The notes beneath the pieces are model-generated. The model was not told the DNA's origin. It did not search any database and worked only from the letters and a program-made list of their open reading frames with translations. From the IMG/VR virus record IMGVR_UViG_3300020036_002545: DNA of 40,181 nucleotides. One strand, written 5' to 3'. This document shows, piece by piece, positions 18,143 to 26,635 of this stretch. A program made the position numbers and the translations under genes. The stretch is from a virus. The first letter of the stretch is position 1. Every line of letters starts with the position of its first letter.

Positions 18143-18187
18143 AGCTATGCTGGCGGCAGTTTATAGGGTTCGATTCCTTACATAGCT
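18143..18187 (+). ncRNA. tRNA-like minihelix (acceptor stem + T-arm only)
   Basis: Perfect 7-bp acceptor agctatg/catagct. T-arm taggg-TTCGATT-cctta. Only a 14-nt connector (ctg-gcgg-cag hairpin) replaces the D and anticodon arms. It ends 1 nt before ATG 18189. Confidence 0.5.
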
Positions 18188-18188
18188 T

Positions 18189-18719
18189 ATGGAAACAGTA
18201 AACAAAGAAAAAATGGAGAGTTTGAGACTGTTAGCGGAAACTACTATTAAGATTTCCGAGGCAAAAAACACACTCCAAGAACTCAAAAGCAAGCAAGAAG
18301 AATACTTGACACTCCGAGAGGATATGGCACAAAAGCATATTCAAAAGATACTCGAAGAAAGCAAGGAACTTCTTGAAAATACGCATAGCAACTACACGAA
18401 AGTAAATGTCTTCTGCCGAGAAGTAATGAGCTACGCAGACGGACTCAGTGAGATGCAAGTAGGTGTGCAAAACCTGTTAGAGACATTTAAAAACAAAGCA
18501 ATTCAATGGGAGAAAAACGCAGAACTGCAAACCATTGAACTATCGCACCAGAAAAAGCTAGTTGAACAGGACAAGGAAAATCTAAAGGAGTGGGAAAAGC
18601 GAATAGAGAAAGATAAAAAAAATATAGAGAAAGAAAAAGCACTGATTGAGAGCCGACAGAAAGCACTAGAGACAAGTTACAAGCTAGAAAAAGACCTATG
18701 GAACAAATTGACCGCATAA
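18189..18719 (+). CDS. Coiled-coil K/E-rich protein
   Basis: 176 aa, heptad-like E/K/L-rich throughout. Confidence 0.55.
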   Translation: METVNKEKMESLRLLAETTIKISEAKNTLQELKSKQEEYLTLREDMAQKHIQKILEESKELLENTHSNYTKVNVFCREVMSYADGLSEMQVGVQNLLETFKNKAIQWEKNAELQTIELSHQKKLVEQDKENLKEWEKRIEKDKKNIEKEKALIESRQKALETSYKLEKDLWNKLTA

Positions 18720-19216
18720 CAATAGAAAACGACACATTTGCCCTAAAGAGAGAGTACAAACACGCTCTTGAGAAACTTTCTAGTATCAAACAGGAGACTG
18801 TTGAGCTTGTTGACTCTAACACAAAGCTCGAAGTGTCAATAAAAGAAAAGAGGGACGAGCTTACACAAATCACAAACGACATTTCAAAGGAAAAACTCGA
18901 CTGGACACAGCATCGTCACGCTGAACTTGTTGAAATTGATGCAAAAAAGGACGAAATTGCGAGTATTCTAAAGAAAGATGCAGAACTCAAAAAGAAAGAG
19001 GCAGAAATCGACGCAAAAATACAGAAAAACACGACAGTATTGAACGAAAACAGACAGCTAGAGCTTAAACTTAAAGGTGACACTACTGCTCTCGAAGTAA
19101 AAAATCGGGAAGTAGAGAACAACCGAGCAACACTTGCAAAAGAAGTGCAGGATTTTGAAACGAAAAAAGTCGATTTCAAGACAAAATTGTCAGAATTAGT
19201 AAAAATATATGTCTAA
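18698..19216 (+). CDS. Coiled-coil K/E-rich protein
   Basis: 172 aa; 22-nt overlap with the previous gene. Confidence 0.55.
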   Translation: MEQIDRITIENDTFALKREYKHALEKLSSIKQETVELVDSNTKLEVSIKEKRDELTQITNDISKEKLDWTQHRHAELVEIDAKKDEIASILKKDAELKKKEAEIDAKIQKNTTVLNENRQLELKLKGDTTALEVKNREVENNRATLAKEVQDFETKKVDFKTKLSELVKIYV

Positions 19217-19496
19217 CGAGGTTATCGAGCGCGACCAGAATAGCCGTACTGTAGGAGCTGGTGTCGGCAACGACGCAGACCAGGATATTACAATGCTTAG
19301 AGTAGACCCTGTTAGCAAATATCTCCTTGTTGAAATAGCGGTAGAGACGAGTGGTAGTGCTACAGCTTCACAGATAGCCAGCCGCGACCAGAATAGCCGT
19401 ACAGTGTGCATGGCATGGAATGAAGACGACGACGAATTACAAGAAATACTAACCGACGAAAATGGCAATCTCTTGTGTGATGTCATATTCGTATAA
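19209..19496 (+). CDS. Small protein carrying the fibre N-terminal adaptor motif (1.5 copies)
   Basis: MSNEVIERDQNSRTVGAGVGNDADQDITMLRVDPVSKYLLVE, then a second IASRDQNSRTV. The exact 20-nt DNA repeat cgcgaccagaatagccgtac occurs at 19230 and 19383. Confidence 0.6.
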   Translation: MSNEVIERDQNSRTVGAGVGNDADQDITMLRVDPVSKYLLVEIAVETSGSATASQIASRDQNSRTVCMAWNEDDDELQEILTDENGNLLCDVIFV

Positions 19497-19500
19497 AATT

Positions 19501-19794
19501 ATGTATAACAACCAAAGTTTCACAAATCCCGAAGCACCGACACTCGTAGCGACATACGACGCGACTATTTCTGGTTCTACCGCTATAACACTGAACGCGG
19601 GGACCACTTACATAGAGGTCACGGCGGTTACACGAGGAATATTTTTAAAGTGGGGAGCAACTGCCTCGTCTTCTGCTTTTGATGAGTATATTGGAGCAGA
19701 CCAAACACGAGTTTATAAACGACCAGACGGAGCAACTACTGTCAACTTCATAGAACAGGCTGCTACTGGTATCTTAATTTGTCTTGAGAAGTAA
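19501..19794 (+). CDS. Hypothetical small structural protein
   Basis: ATG 19501 lies after stop 19494-19496; 97 aa with beta-type composition. Confidence 0.5.
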   Translation: MYNNQSFTNPEAPTLVATYDATISGSTAITLNAGTTYIEVTAVTRGIFLKWGATASSSAFDEYIGADQTRVYKRPDGATTVNFIEQAATGILICLEK

Positions 19795-19797
19795 CAT

Positions 19798-21426
19798 ATG
19801 GCAGATGAAGTACTAAAAAGAGACCAAAACCGTGTGACTGTACTTGCAGGTGTTACAGATAATGTCGCGCAAGACATCACTATGCTTCGTTTAGACCCTA
19901 CTACTAAACGTCTGCTTGTTTCTGCTACTGGTATCGGTACAGGAAGTGTTACTTCAATAGCCGCTGGAACAGGTATCCTTGCAACACCAAGCCCAATTAC
20001 AACTACAGGAACTATTGCCCTTGCAACATCATTACAGCCAGTTGCTACCCTTACAGGTAATGGATTGAAAGTCCTACGAGTCAATGCAGGAGAAACAGCA
20101 GTTGAATACGCCGCAGTAGGTACTGGGAGTGTCACCAGCGTCTCTGTGGTGACCGCTAACGGTGTCTCTGGCACAGTTGCGACAGCTTCTACTACTCCAG
20201 CAATTACGCTGTCCCTAGGGGCAATTACGCCCTCTAGTATCGCTGGCACTACATTCTCTGGTAACAACACTTTTTCAGGTGCTAACACATTCACTGCACT
20301 TCCAACGTGTTCAGCCGTACCAACGAATGGAAATGACCTTGTGAATAAAACATTTGTAGAGACTTTTGCACAGGGTCTTACTGTAAAACCGTCTTGTAAT
20401 GTTGCGACAACAGCTAACGTCACACTTTCAGGAGAACAGACTATAGACGGTGTTCTCACTTCTACGTCACGAATTTTAGTTAAAAACCAGAGTGACGCTA
20501 CCGAGAATGGTATTTACGTTACGGCAGCAGGTGCATGGTCTCGTGCCACTGATTACGATACATCTGGTGAAGTCGCACTCGGAACATTTACTGCAATACT
20601 CTCTGGTACAACGCAAGCAAATACTCTCTGGGTACAGACAACTCCTAGCCCTACTTTGGGTAGTAGCAACCTTGTGTTCTCACAGCTTTCTAGTGGTGGA
20701 ACGGGAACAGTAACAAGTGTCTCGGTAGTATCAGCAAATGGACTAGCTGGAACTGTCGCAACTGCTACCACTACGCCAGCTATAACACTCTCATGTTCTG
20801 CTAACGGAATCTTGCAAAGTGACGGTACTTCTATCACAGCAAAATCTGTTTCTGGTAGTGGTGACATCGTACTTGCTACAGGAGCAACGCTCGTTACTCC
20901 GACGCTCGGTGCAGCAACAGCAACGTCAATTAACAAAATGGCGATTACTGCACCTGCTACTTCTTCGACACTTCAGGTGTCTGACGGAAAGACTTTTATA
21001 GCGTCAAACACGCTTACTCTTGCTGGTACTGATGGCACTGTAATGACGTTTCCTAGTACATCACAGACAGTTGTAGGATTGACAGCTACGCAAACACTCA
21101 CTAATAAGGCGATAACACAGCGCGTAGTAACAACAACAGATGACGCTACGGCAGTAATTGACGTAGCCGTAACAGATGTATATGAGCTTTCAGCAATAGC
21201 AAACAACACGACATTCTCGTTCACAGGCAGTCCTACAGACGGACAAAAGTTTATTATCCGATACAAGGATGCCGGGGTATCTAAAACACTTACATGGACT
21301 GGGTTTACAGCTATTGGAGTAACACTTCCAACAGCAACAACGGCAGGAAAATGGGGATATGTTGGTGTGCAATACAACTCGGCGGCGAGTCAGTATCACG
21401 CGATAGCAGTAACAACCCAAGCATAA
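19798..21426 (+). CDS. Tail fibre / receptor-binding protein 1
   Basis: N-terminal adaptor MADEVLKRDQNRVTVLAGVTDNVAQDITMLRLDPTTKRLLVSATG. The internal repeat GTG(S/T)VTSVSVV.ANG..GTVATA.TTPAITLS occurs about 3 times. T/S/G/A-rich. Confidence 0.7.
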   Translation: MADEVLKRDQNRVTVLAGVTDNVAQDITMLRLDPTTKRLLVSATGIGTGSVTSIAAGTGILATPSPITTTGTIALATSLQPVATLTGNGLKVLRVNAGETAVEYAAVGTGSVTSVSVVTANGVSGTVATASTTPAITLSLGAITPSSIAGTTFSGNNTFSGANTFTALPTCSAVPTNGNDLVNKTFVETFAQGLTVKPSCNVATTANVTLSGEQTIDGVLTSTSRILVKNQSDATENGIYVTAAGAWSRATDYDTSGEVALGTFTAILSGTTQANTLWVQTTPSPTLGSSNLVFSQLSSGGTGTVTSVSVVSANGLAGTVATATTTPAITLSCSANGILQSDGTSITAKSVSGSGDIVLATGATLVTPTLGAATATSINKMAITAPATSSTLQVSDGKTFIASNTLTLAGTDGTVMTFPSTSQTVVGLTATQTLTNKAITQRVVTTTDDATAVIDVAVTDVYELSAIANNTTFSFTGSPTDGQKFIIRYKDAGVSKTLTWTGFTAIGVTLPTATTAGKWGYVGVQYNSAASQYHAIAVTTQA

Positions 21427-21430
21427 ATAT

Positions 21431-22132
21431 ATGTCACTTAATACCGATATAATTTCATACTGGAAACTTGACGGAAACAGTAACGATGCTGTTGGTTCTT
21501 CTAATGGAACTGACACAGCAATTACCTATTCTGTACCGAATGGAAAAATCAACGAAGGAGCAGGTTATAACGGTACGACATCTAAAATTACTGGTTCTAT
21601 AGCACAACCAACATCTGCTTATACTGTATCAATGTGGATTAAAAATGGTGGTGTAACTGTTGCAGATACAAACTATCGTTTATGGGATACACAGGAAAGT
21701 TCGGGCGCAGGAGAAATGACTGGCATTACTTTTGCATATAACCCCAACAGAGATGCTCTTGGCGTAAAAAATATCCGTGTTTACCATAATAACGGAGCAT
21801 GGGCAAATTCTGATGATTTAGGAACAACGATACAAGACGGAAACTTTCATCTTGTAGGGGTGACATGGGATGGTTCTAATGCAGCATTTTATCTTGACGG
21901 CGCTGCCGTTGGTGGTGGGGCTTATTCTGTTGCCATAACTAACGCTGGTCATTTCGATATCGGACATGGTAGAGGAACATCTACATTTTGGAACGGGGCA
22001 ATTGATGAAGTTGGAATTTGGTCGAGAGCATTGTCTGGTTCAGAAATGAGCCAACTATACAATAGTGGATCTGGTTTACAGTATCCGTTCCCACTTGATG
22101 AAAATCAAGGAAATTTCTTAATTTTTATGTAA
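21431..22132 (+). CDS. LamG/concanavalin-A-like lectin domain protein
   Basis: ISYWKLDGNSNDAVGSSNGT...GKINEGAGYNG...VSMWIK...FHLVGVTWDGS..AFYLDG...IDEVGIWSRALS..E follows the Laminin_G_3 pattern. Confidence 0.65.
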   Translation: MSLNTDIISYWKLDGNSNDAVGSSNGTDTAITYSVPNGKINEGAGYNGTTSKITGSIAQPTSAYTVSMWIKNGGVTVADTNYRLWDTQESSGAGEMTGITFAYNPNRDALGVKNIRVYHNNGAWANSDDLGTTIQDGNFHLVGVTWDGSNAAFYLDGAAVGGGAYSVAITNAGHFDIGHGRGTSTFWNGAIDEVGIWSRALSGSEMSQLYNSGSGLQYPFPLDENQGNFLIFM

Positions 22133-22133
22133 C

Positions 22134-22577
22134 ATGGAAAATCTTTCAGACCAATTTGAATGGCACGACCATGACGGAGTAAACTCCAAGAAGATTTGGC
22201 ATGTAAATTTCATAAATGGTGTAGTTTCTGGTTTGTCAGCATCGACAGCAACAAATTATGGAATTGTCTTTGTAGCAACAAGACCTTGTATCGTCACAAG
22301 AATATCAGAAGTACACACAACAGCAGGTACGAACGGTGGTGCGGTGACACTTCAGGTGGAACGATTACAGGGTACAGAAACACCGGACTCCGGCAATACA
22401 TTACTTGTAACGGCTTTTAATCTAAAAGGTACAGCAAACACAGTACAGGTTGGTGAAATTGTTTCTGGTACTACTGTCACGGCACTTAGTGTCGGAGACA
22501 GACTTTGTTTGAAAGATTCAGGAACACTTACAGATGTCGCAGGTGTTTGCGTAACAATAGAGATAACATATACATAA
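22134..22577 (+). CDS. Hypothetical structural protein
   Basis: 147-aa ORF in the tail module. Confidence 0.5.
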   Translation: MENLSDQFEWHDHDGVNSKKIWHVNFINGVVSGLSASTATNYGIVFVATRPCIVTRISEVHTTAGTNGGAVTLQVERLQGTETPDSGNTLLVTAFNLKGTANTVQVGEIVSGTTVTALSVGDRLCLKDSGTLTDVAGVCVTIEITYT

Positions 22578-22578
22578 T

Positions 22579-24204
22579 ATGGCTAAATCAACAATACAAG
22601 GGAATAGAGGAATAATCGTCTTTGATGAAAGCGACTTTGCTACTGGTCTCGCACCACAAGGTCAGTTTTCTACTACGACTGTAAAGCAGACTTCAATAGC
22701 AGGTATGGCTGGTCTTACTGCTATAGACCCATACAGAAATATAGGAATACTCCAGCCTGGTATGGCTCCAACAAACGCAACAAATGTTTCTTCTCTTAGT
22801 GGGCAAGTTTTAGCAGCAGTATTCTCCCCAGCTTCAAATAGTCTTCTATACGGTATTGACGTTGGTGGTAAGTTCCAAGAGATAAATTTTATATCAAACA
22901 CAGTGACTAATGCTGGTGTGTTTCCACATACCATCGCTGGTACTTCACCTGTAGGACAAGATTGTATTATATATCAACACAATAGCGGAGGAACGACAAC
23001 ACAAGTATATTCAGCATTTTATTCTTACTACAACAATGCTAACTGGGATATAGGTGCGCTAGTGAACATGACTGGTACACCAGATGACGACTTCATGTCT
23101 ACTGTACCGGCTACGCCGCTCGACATTACTTCTGGTGATGGTGATTCTGCATACCAAAGAACATCCCCACATACAATGTGTGTCGGAACTGACGACATTC
23201 TATATATAGGTTCAGGTAGATACATTCACGCATACGATGGAGGTACTGGGGCAAACGGTACATTCCAGTCACAGGTGTTTACCCTACCAGCAGGTTTTAA
23301 GGTGCAAGGTATGGTCGCATACGATGACTTCCTGTACATAGCTGGAAACTATGGAAGTACAACAATTTCAACGGGTAATCCTGTTGGTGGTAGTTCAGTT
23401 GTCTATGTATGGGATTATCTATCACAAGACGTTACTCAGATTATTCCAATCAATGAGCCGTTTGTATCCTCTATATTTATTTGGAGAGGTGCACCGGCAG
23501 TTACTTGTTATGGAGCACGCGAGCGAAACGGATTTGTAAAAATTAAAAGAATTGTAGGAAACCAAGCAAAAAGAGTAGCCGATATTCCATCTGGCACAAA
23601 CCCTGTTTTCAGAGGTATAGATAGCCGACAAGACATGCTTTACATGAACATCGGTGGGCAGGTTGTAACTATTGGCGATAAATTCACTGGAGAGGGATAC
23701 AACATAAATTACATAGGATTTGCGAGTGTTACTCAAAACTCTGGGTGGATATATAACTTACAGACAGACGCAACACAACCTGCGCTTATTCTCTCTAGCT
23801 CAAACGGTTCATCTCATGCCTTCTCTAAGCTAGTAGGAGGGTATTCAACATCTAACTGCATAACACAATTCTATGAGCCGAATTTCCCTCCTTTAAAACA
23901 AGGCAGAGTTATGAGAGTAACTGTGTATTACTTCCAAGTAGTAGCACAAAACGTACTCAACCCTGAGTTTAGTTTAAATCTATTCACAGACTACGGAACT
24001 TCTAGCGCACTTGTTGCTGCTAGTCAATCTCTTGCTTCTCCATTGATTAAAAAGTACGAACAAAAAACAAGTGGTGCGCCATTGCCATTCTTTACGAGTG
24101 TAGCTTTACAATGTATCTGGGCTTCTGGTGGTAGTACAGCACCAGCCGCGCATCAAATTTCTAAAGCTATAGTCGAGTTTGAATTAGAAGATTTTACAAC
24201 ATAA
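22579..24204 (+). CDS. Virion structural protein (tail/baseplate, unknown)
   Basis: 541 aa; beta-rich with repeated Y.G/DD.LYI-type segments suggestive of a propeller. Confidence 0.5.
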   Translation: MAKSTIQGNRGIIVFDESDFATGLAPQGQFSTTTVKQTSIAGMAGLTAIDPYRNIGILQPGMAPTNATNVSSLSGQVLAAVFSPASNSLLYGIDVGGKFQEINFISNTVTNAGVFPHTIAGTSPVGQDCIIYQHNSGGTTTQVYSAFYSYYNNANWDIGALVNMTGTPDDDFMSTVPATPLDITSGDGDSAYQRTSPHTMCVGTDDILYIGSGRYIHAYDGGTGANGTFQSQVFTLPAGFKVQGMVAYDDFLYIAGNYGSTTISTGNPVGGSSVVYVWDYLSQDVTQIIPINEPFVSSIFIWRGAPAVTCYGARERNGFVKIKRIVGNQAKRVADIPSGTNPVFRGIDSRQDMLYMNIGGQVVTIGDKFTGEGYNINYIGFASVTQNSGWIYNLQTDATQPALILSSSNGSSHAFSKLVGGYSTSNCITQFYEPNFPPLKQGRVMRVTVYYFQVVAQNVLNPEFSLNLFTDYGTSSALVAASQSLASPLIKKYEQKTSGAPLPFFTSVALQCIWASGGSTAPAAHQISKAIVEFELEDFTT

Positions 24205-24222
24205 CAATCAAGAAGTAATATT

Positions 24223-25197
24223 TTGATAACTTACTCACAATTATTGTCTCAATACCAGTCATTGACGAACAATGACACGACAGCAAACCAAACACTTGGC
24301 GCTACGTTTCTTAACCAGTCCGTAGACACCATTTGTAATATCCAAGGTGGTAAACTCCGATTCCTTGAATCAACTACGGATATGGTCACAGTAGCCAACC
24401 AAGAAACGTACCAAATCCCTAACAAGTACCGAAAACTTATTGACATGTATATCTATGATGGTGTAGGAACATCGTCAGACACAATATACGCGCCTAAAAT
24501 GGTGTTCGACCCGACGATATGGAAACGTATCCTACAAAGCCACCTTGGTACACAACAGGTTCCATACTTCACATATGTGGAAAACAAGACTTTTAAGATA
24601 CAGCCTATTCCCTCTACTTCAGGTAATAAAATCACTCTCCGTGGTCGTCTTCAACTTAAACCTTTAGTGATTGCAGATATAACAAATTTGACTGTCACTA
24701 GCATCGCGCAGAACGGCACAGCCCTTGTTATGAGTGGTGGTATGACACCTAGTATGGTAGGAAGATACATACAAATTACAGAAACAGCCGCAGCAAACGG
24801 TGGAGATGGAATGTGGTATGAAATCGGTGCATACATAAGCGCAACGGCTGTCACTCTTGTAAAGCCATATGAGGGAACTAGTATCAGTGCAGGAACAGCG
24901 GCTTGTATCATAGGACAAGTGCCAATCGTACCAGATGCATACCAGCCAGCAATTCTTTATCGTTCAGTAGCTCTTTACTGGCAGCAAAAAGGAGAACTCA
25001 ATAATGCAAAAACATACTGGATGATGTATGACGGTGGTAACGAAGCTGGGTATAGAAAAGATTATGGTGGTATAATTAGTCAGATGTTGGAAAACGAAGG
25101 CGAGACAGAAGAAGGTGCATACATACCACCATTCGGAAATGCACAGAACATAACTCGAAACTTCTATTATCCTTGGCAGTTAGCATCAGGATTCTAA
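24223..25197 (+). CDS. Virion structural protein (possible head-tail adaptor)
   Basis: TTG start in the track, so the start is uncertain; 324 aa. The N-terminal helix ITYSQLLSQYQSLTNND...FLNQSVDTICNI is reminiscent of connector/adaptor proteins. Confidence 0.45.
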   Translation: MITYSQLLSQYQSLTNNDTTANQTLGATFLNQSVDTICNIQGGKLRFLESTTDMVTVANQETYQIPNKYRKLIDMYIYDGVGTSSDTIYAPKMVFDPTIWKRILQSHLGTQQVPYFTYVENKTFKIQPIPSTSGNKITLRGRLQLKPLVIADITNLTVTSIAQNGTALVMSGGMTPSMVGRYIQITETAAANGGDGMWYEIGAYISATAVTLVKPYEGTSISAGTAACIIGQVPIVPDAYQPAILYRSVALYWQQKGELNNAKTYWMMYDGGNEAGYRKDYGGIISQMLENEGETEEGAYIPPFGNAQNITRNFYYPWQLASGF

Positions 25198-25201
25198 ATA
25201 T

Positions 25202-26635
25202 ATGGACAAATTAAAAAACGCATTTGTAAAATCTATGGGCGTAGCAGACAAAATAAACAGTGCTGCTGGTAAAGTAACTACTGGATTAAACGCACTATCC
25301 AATCCTTTTGCGGCTGCTTCGCTCGTAGCAGGTAAACTTAAAAAAAGCCCAACCGTAGCACCTACTCCTATATCTAGCGCACAAAGTAATTTCACAAATA
25401 ACTTTGGTTCTTCTTCTAACACTTCCCCAGTACCAACTACAATTACACCTCCTGCAAATCCATCACAGTCTTCTGCTAAAAATCAGTACACGCAGTCTCT
25501 TGGTGCTACACCAAATAAGGAAATAACTACACAAGGTGGTGCAGTACTAAATGCAGACGGAACGATTAAGACACCTGCTCCTGTTCCTACTGGAATGCAA
25601 ACACCCACACCTACTCCGACGACTCCTACAGCTCCTACAGCTCCTACAGCGCGTGATAACTACACATCTGCATATACGAAGTACATAGAATCACTAAAAC
25701 CAAGCGAAAGCGTAGTAAACGCTAAAAAGACGTATAACGATTACGTTGCTAGTTTGAATAAAACAACAGCAGGACTTGAGGGTCAAGGTCGTGGAATAAC
25801 TACAGGAATCGTACGAGGACAGCAAGAAAAGCTCCTTGGACAGACACAGCCTGAACTTGCACGCTTACAGGGTGAGATAGGAATTGCACAAGGAGAGCAA
25901 ACAGCAGCTTCGGAAGCAGCTAAAGCTGGTCTTGGTCTACAGAAAGACTTGATGACGTTCGATAGTGATGCAGAGAAATTAGCCTACGACCGTGAAAAAG
26001 CACAATACGATAGAATGACAGACGCGCAAAAAACTGCTTTTGACCAGCAGTACAAGACTGATACCCTCGCGCAAAACAAACTAGAAGCTGACAGAACATT
26101 TGCTGAAAACAAACGTCAGTTTGGTCTTGAATACGCGCTTAAAGCACAAAAACAAGCGGCTGATGTAGCTGAAAAAGCGCAAAGTTCGGAACCGTCGCCA
26201 TTACAGCAAGGTGCGCTTACTTCTGCACAAGATTTGCTTAAAAAGTTTGATGCTGGTACTGGTACTTCTGCTGTTGGTAAATCATCTTTCCTCGGTTCAC
26301 TCGGATATGGACTTATTCCAGGTACAGAACGTGCTGACTTCGTAACCCAGTTTGATAACTTCAAAGCACAAGCAGACTTGGCTAATGCAAAATACCTCAA
26401 AGGCTCTGGTGCGGTGTCAGATGCGGAGCGTAAGCTTTTGAGTAACGCTACCAAGCTAGACAGAAGCCAGTCAGAAAAGGAGTTCCGAAAATCTCTCAAT
26501 GCACAGATTGCTCTTATGGGAGGTGACGTAACAGTTACACTCATAAATCCAGTAACAGGAGAATCAACGCAAGTACAGACAAACAAACAAGGTATAGAAA
26601 ACGCATTAAAAGATAAAATAGACGTAATCTACTAA
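25202..26635 (+). CDS. Internal virion / ejection-type protein
   Basis: 477 aa. Pro/Thr linker PTPTPTTPTAPTAPTA, a long Q/A/K coiled region, then C-terminal GSGAVSDAERKLL. Confidence 0.4.
   Translation: MDKLKNAFVKSMGVADKINSAAGKVTTGLNALSNPFAAASLVAGKLKKSPTVAPTPISSAQSNFTNNFGSSSNTSPVPTTITPPANPSQSSAKNQYTQSLGATPNKEITTQGGAVLNADGTIKTPAPVPTGMQTPTPTPTTPTAPTAPTARDNYTSAYTKYIESLKPSESVVNAKKTYNDYVASLNKTTAGLEGQGRGITTGIVRGQQEKLLGQTQPELARLQGEIGIAQGEQTAASEAAKAGLGLQKDLMTFDSDAEKLAYDREKAQYDRMTDAQKTAFDQQYKTDTLAQNKLEADRTFAENKRQFGLEYALKAQKQAADVAEKAQSSEPSPLQQGALTSAQDLLKKFDAGTGTSAVGKSSFLGSLGYGLIPGTERADFVTQFDNFKAQADLANAKYLKGSGAVSDAERKLLSNATKLDRSQSEKEFRKSLNAQIALMGGDVTVTLINPVTGESTQVQTNKQGIENALKDKIDVIY

Noticed and set aside
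18143-18187. attP core or lysogeny module (tRNA 3'-like fragments here and at 34334..34358)
   Set aside because: I recognised no integrase, recombinase, excisionase or CI-like repressor. The element also contains the 5' acceptor strand, so it folds as a complete minihelix rather than a bare 3' tRNA fragment. I kept it as a processing or decoy hypothesis instead.
24576-24584. Additional DnaA-like boxes inside genes (TGTGGAAAA at 24576; TAATCCACA at 11446; TGTGGATTA near 21645)
   Set aside because: They are single-mismatch or relaxed matches inside coding sequence, in mixed orientation, without the GTTATCCACAG extension. This is compatible with chance.
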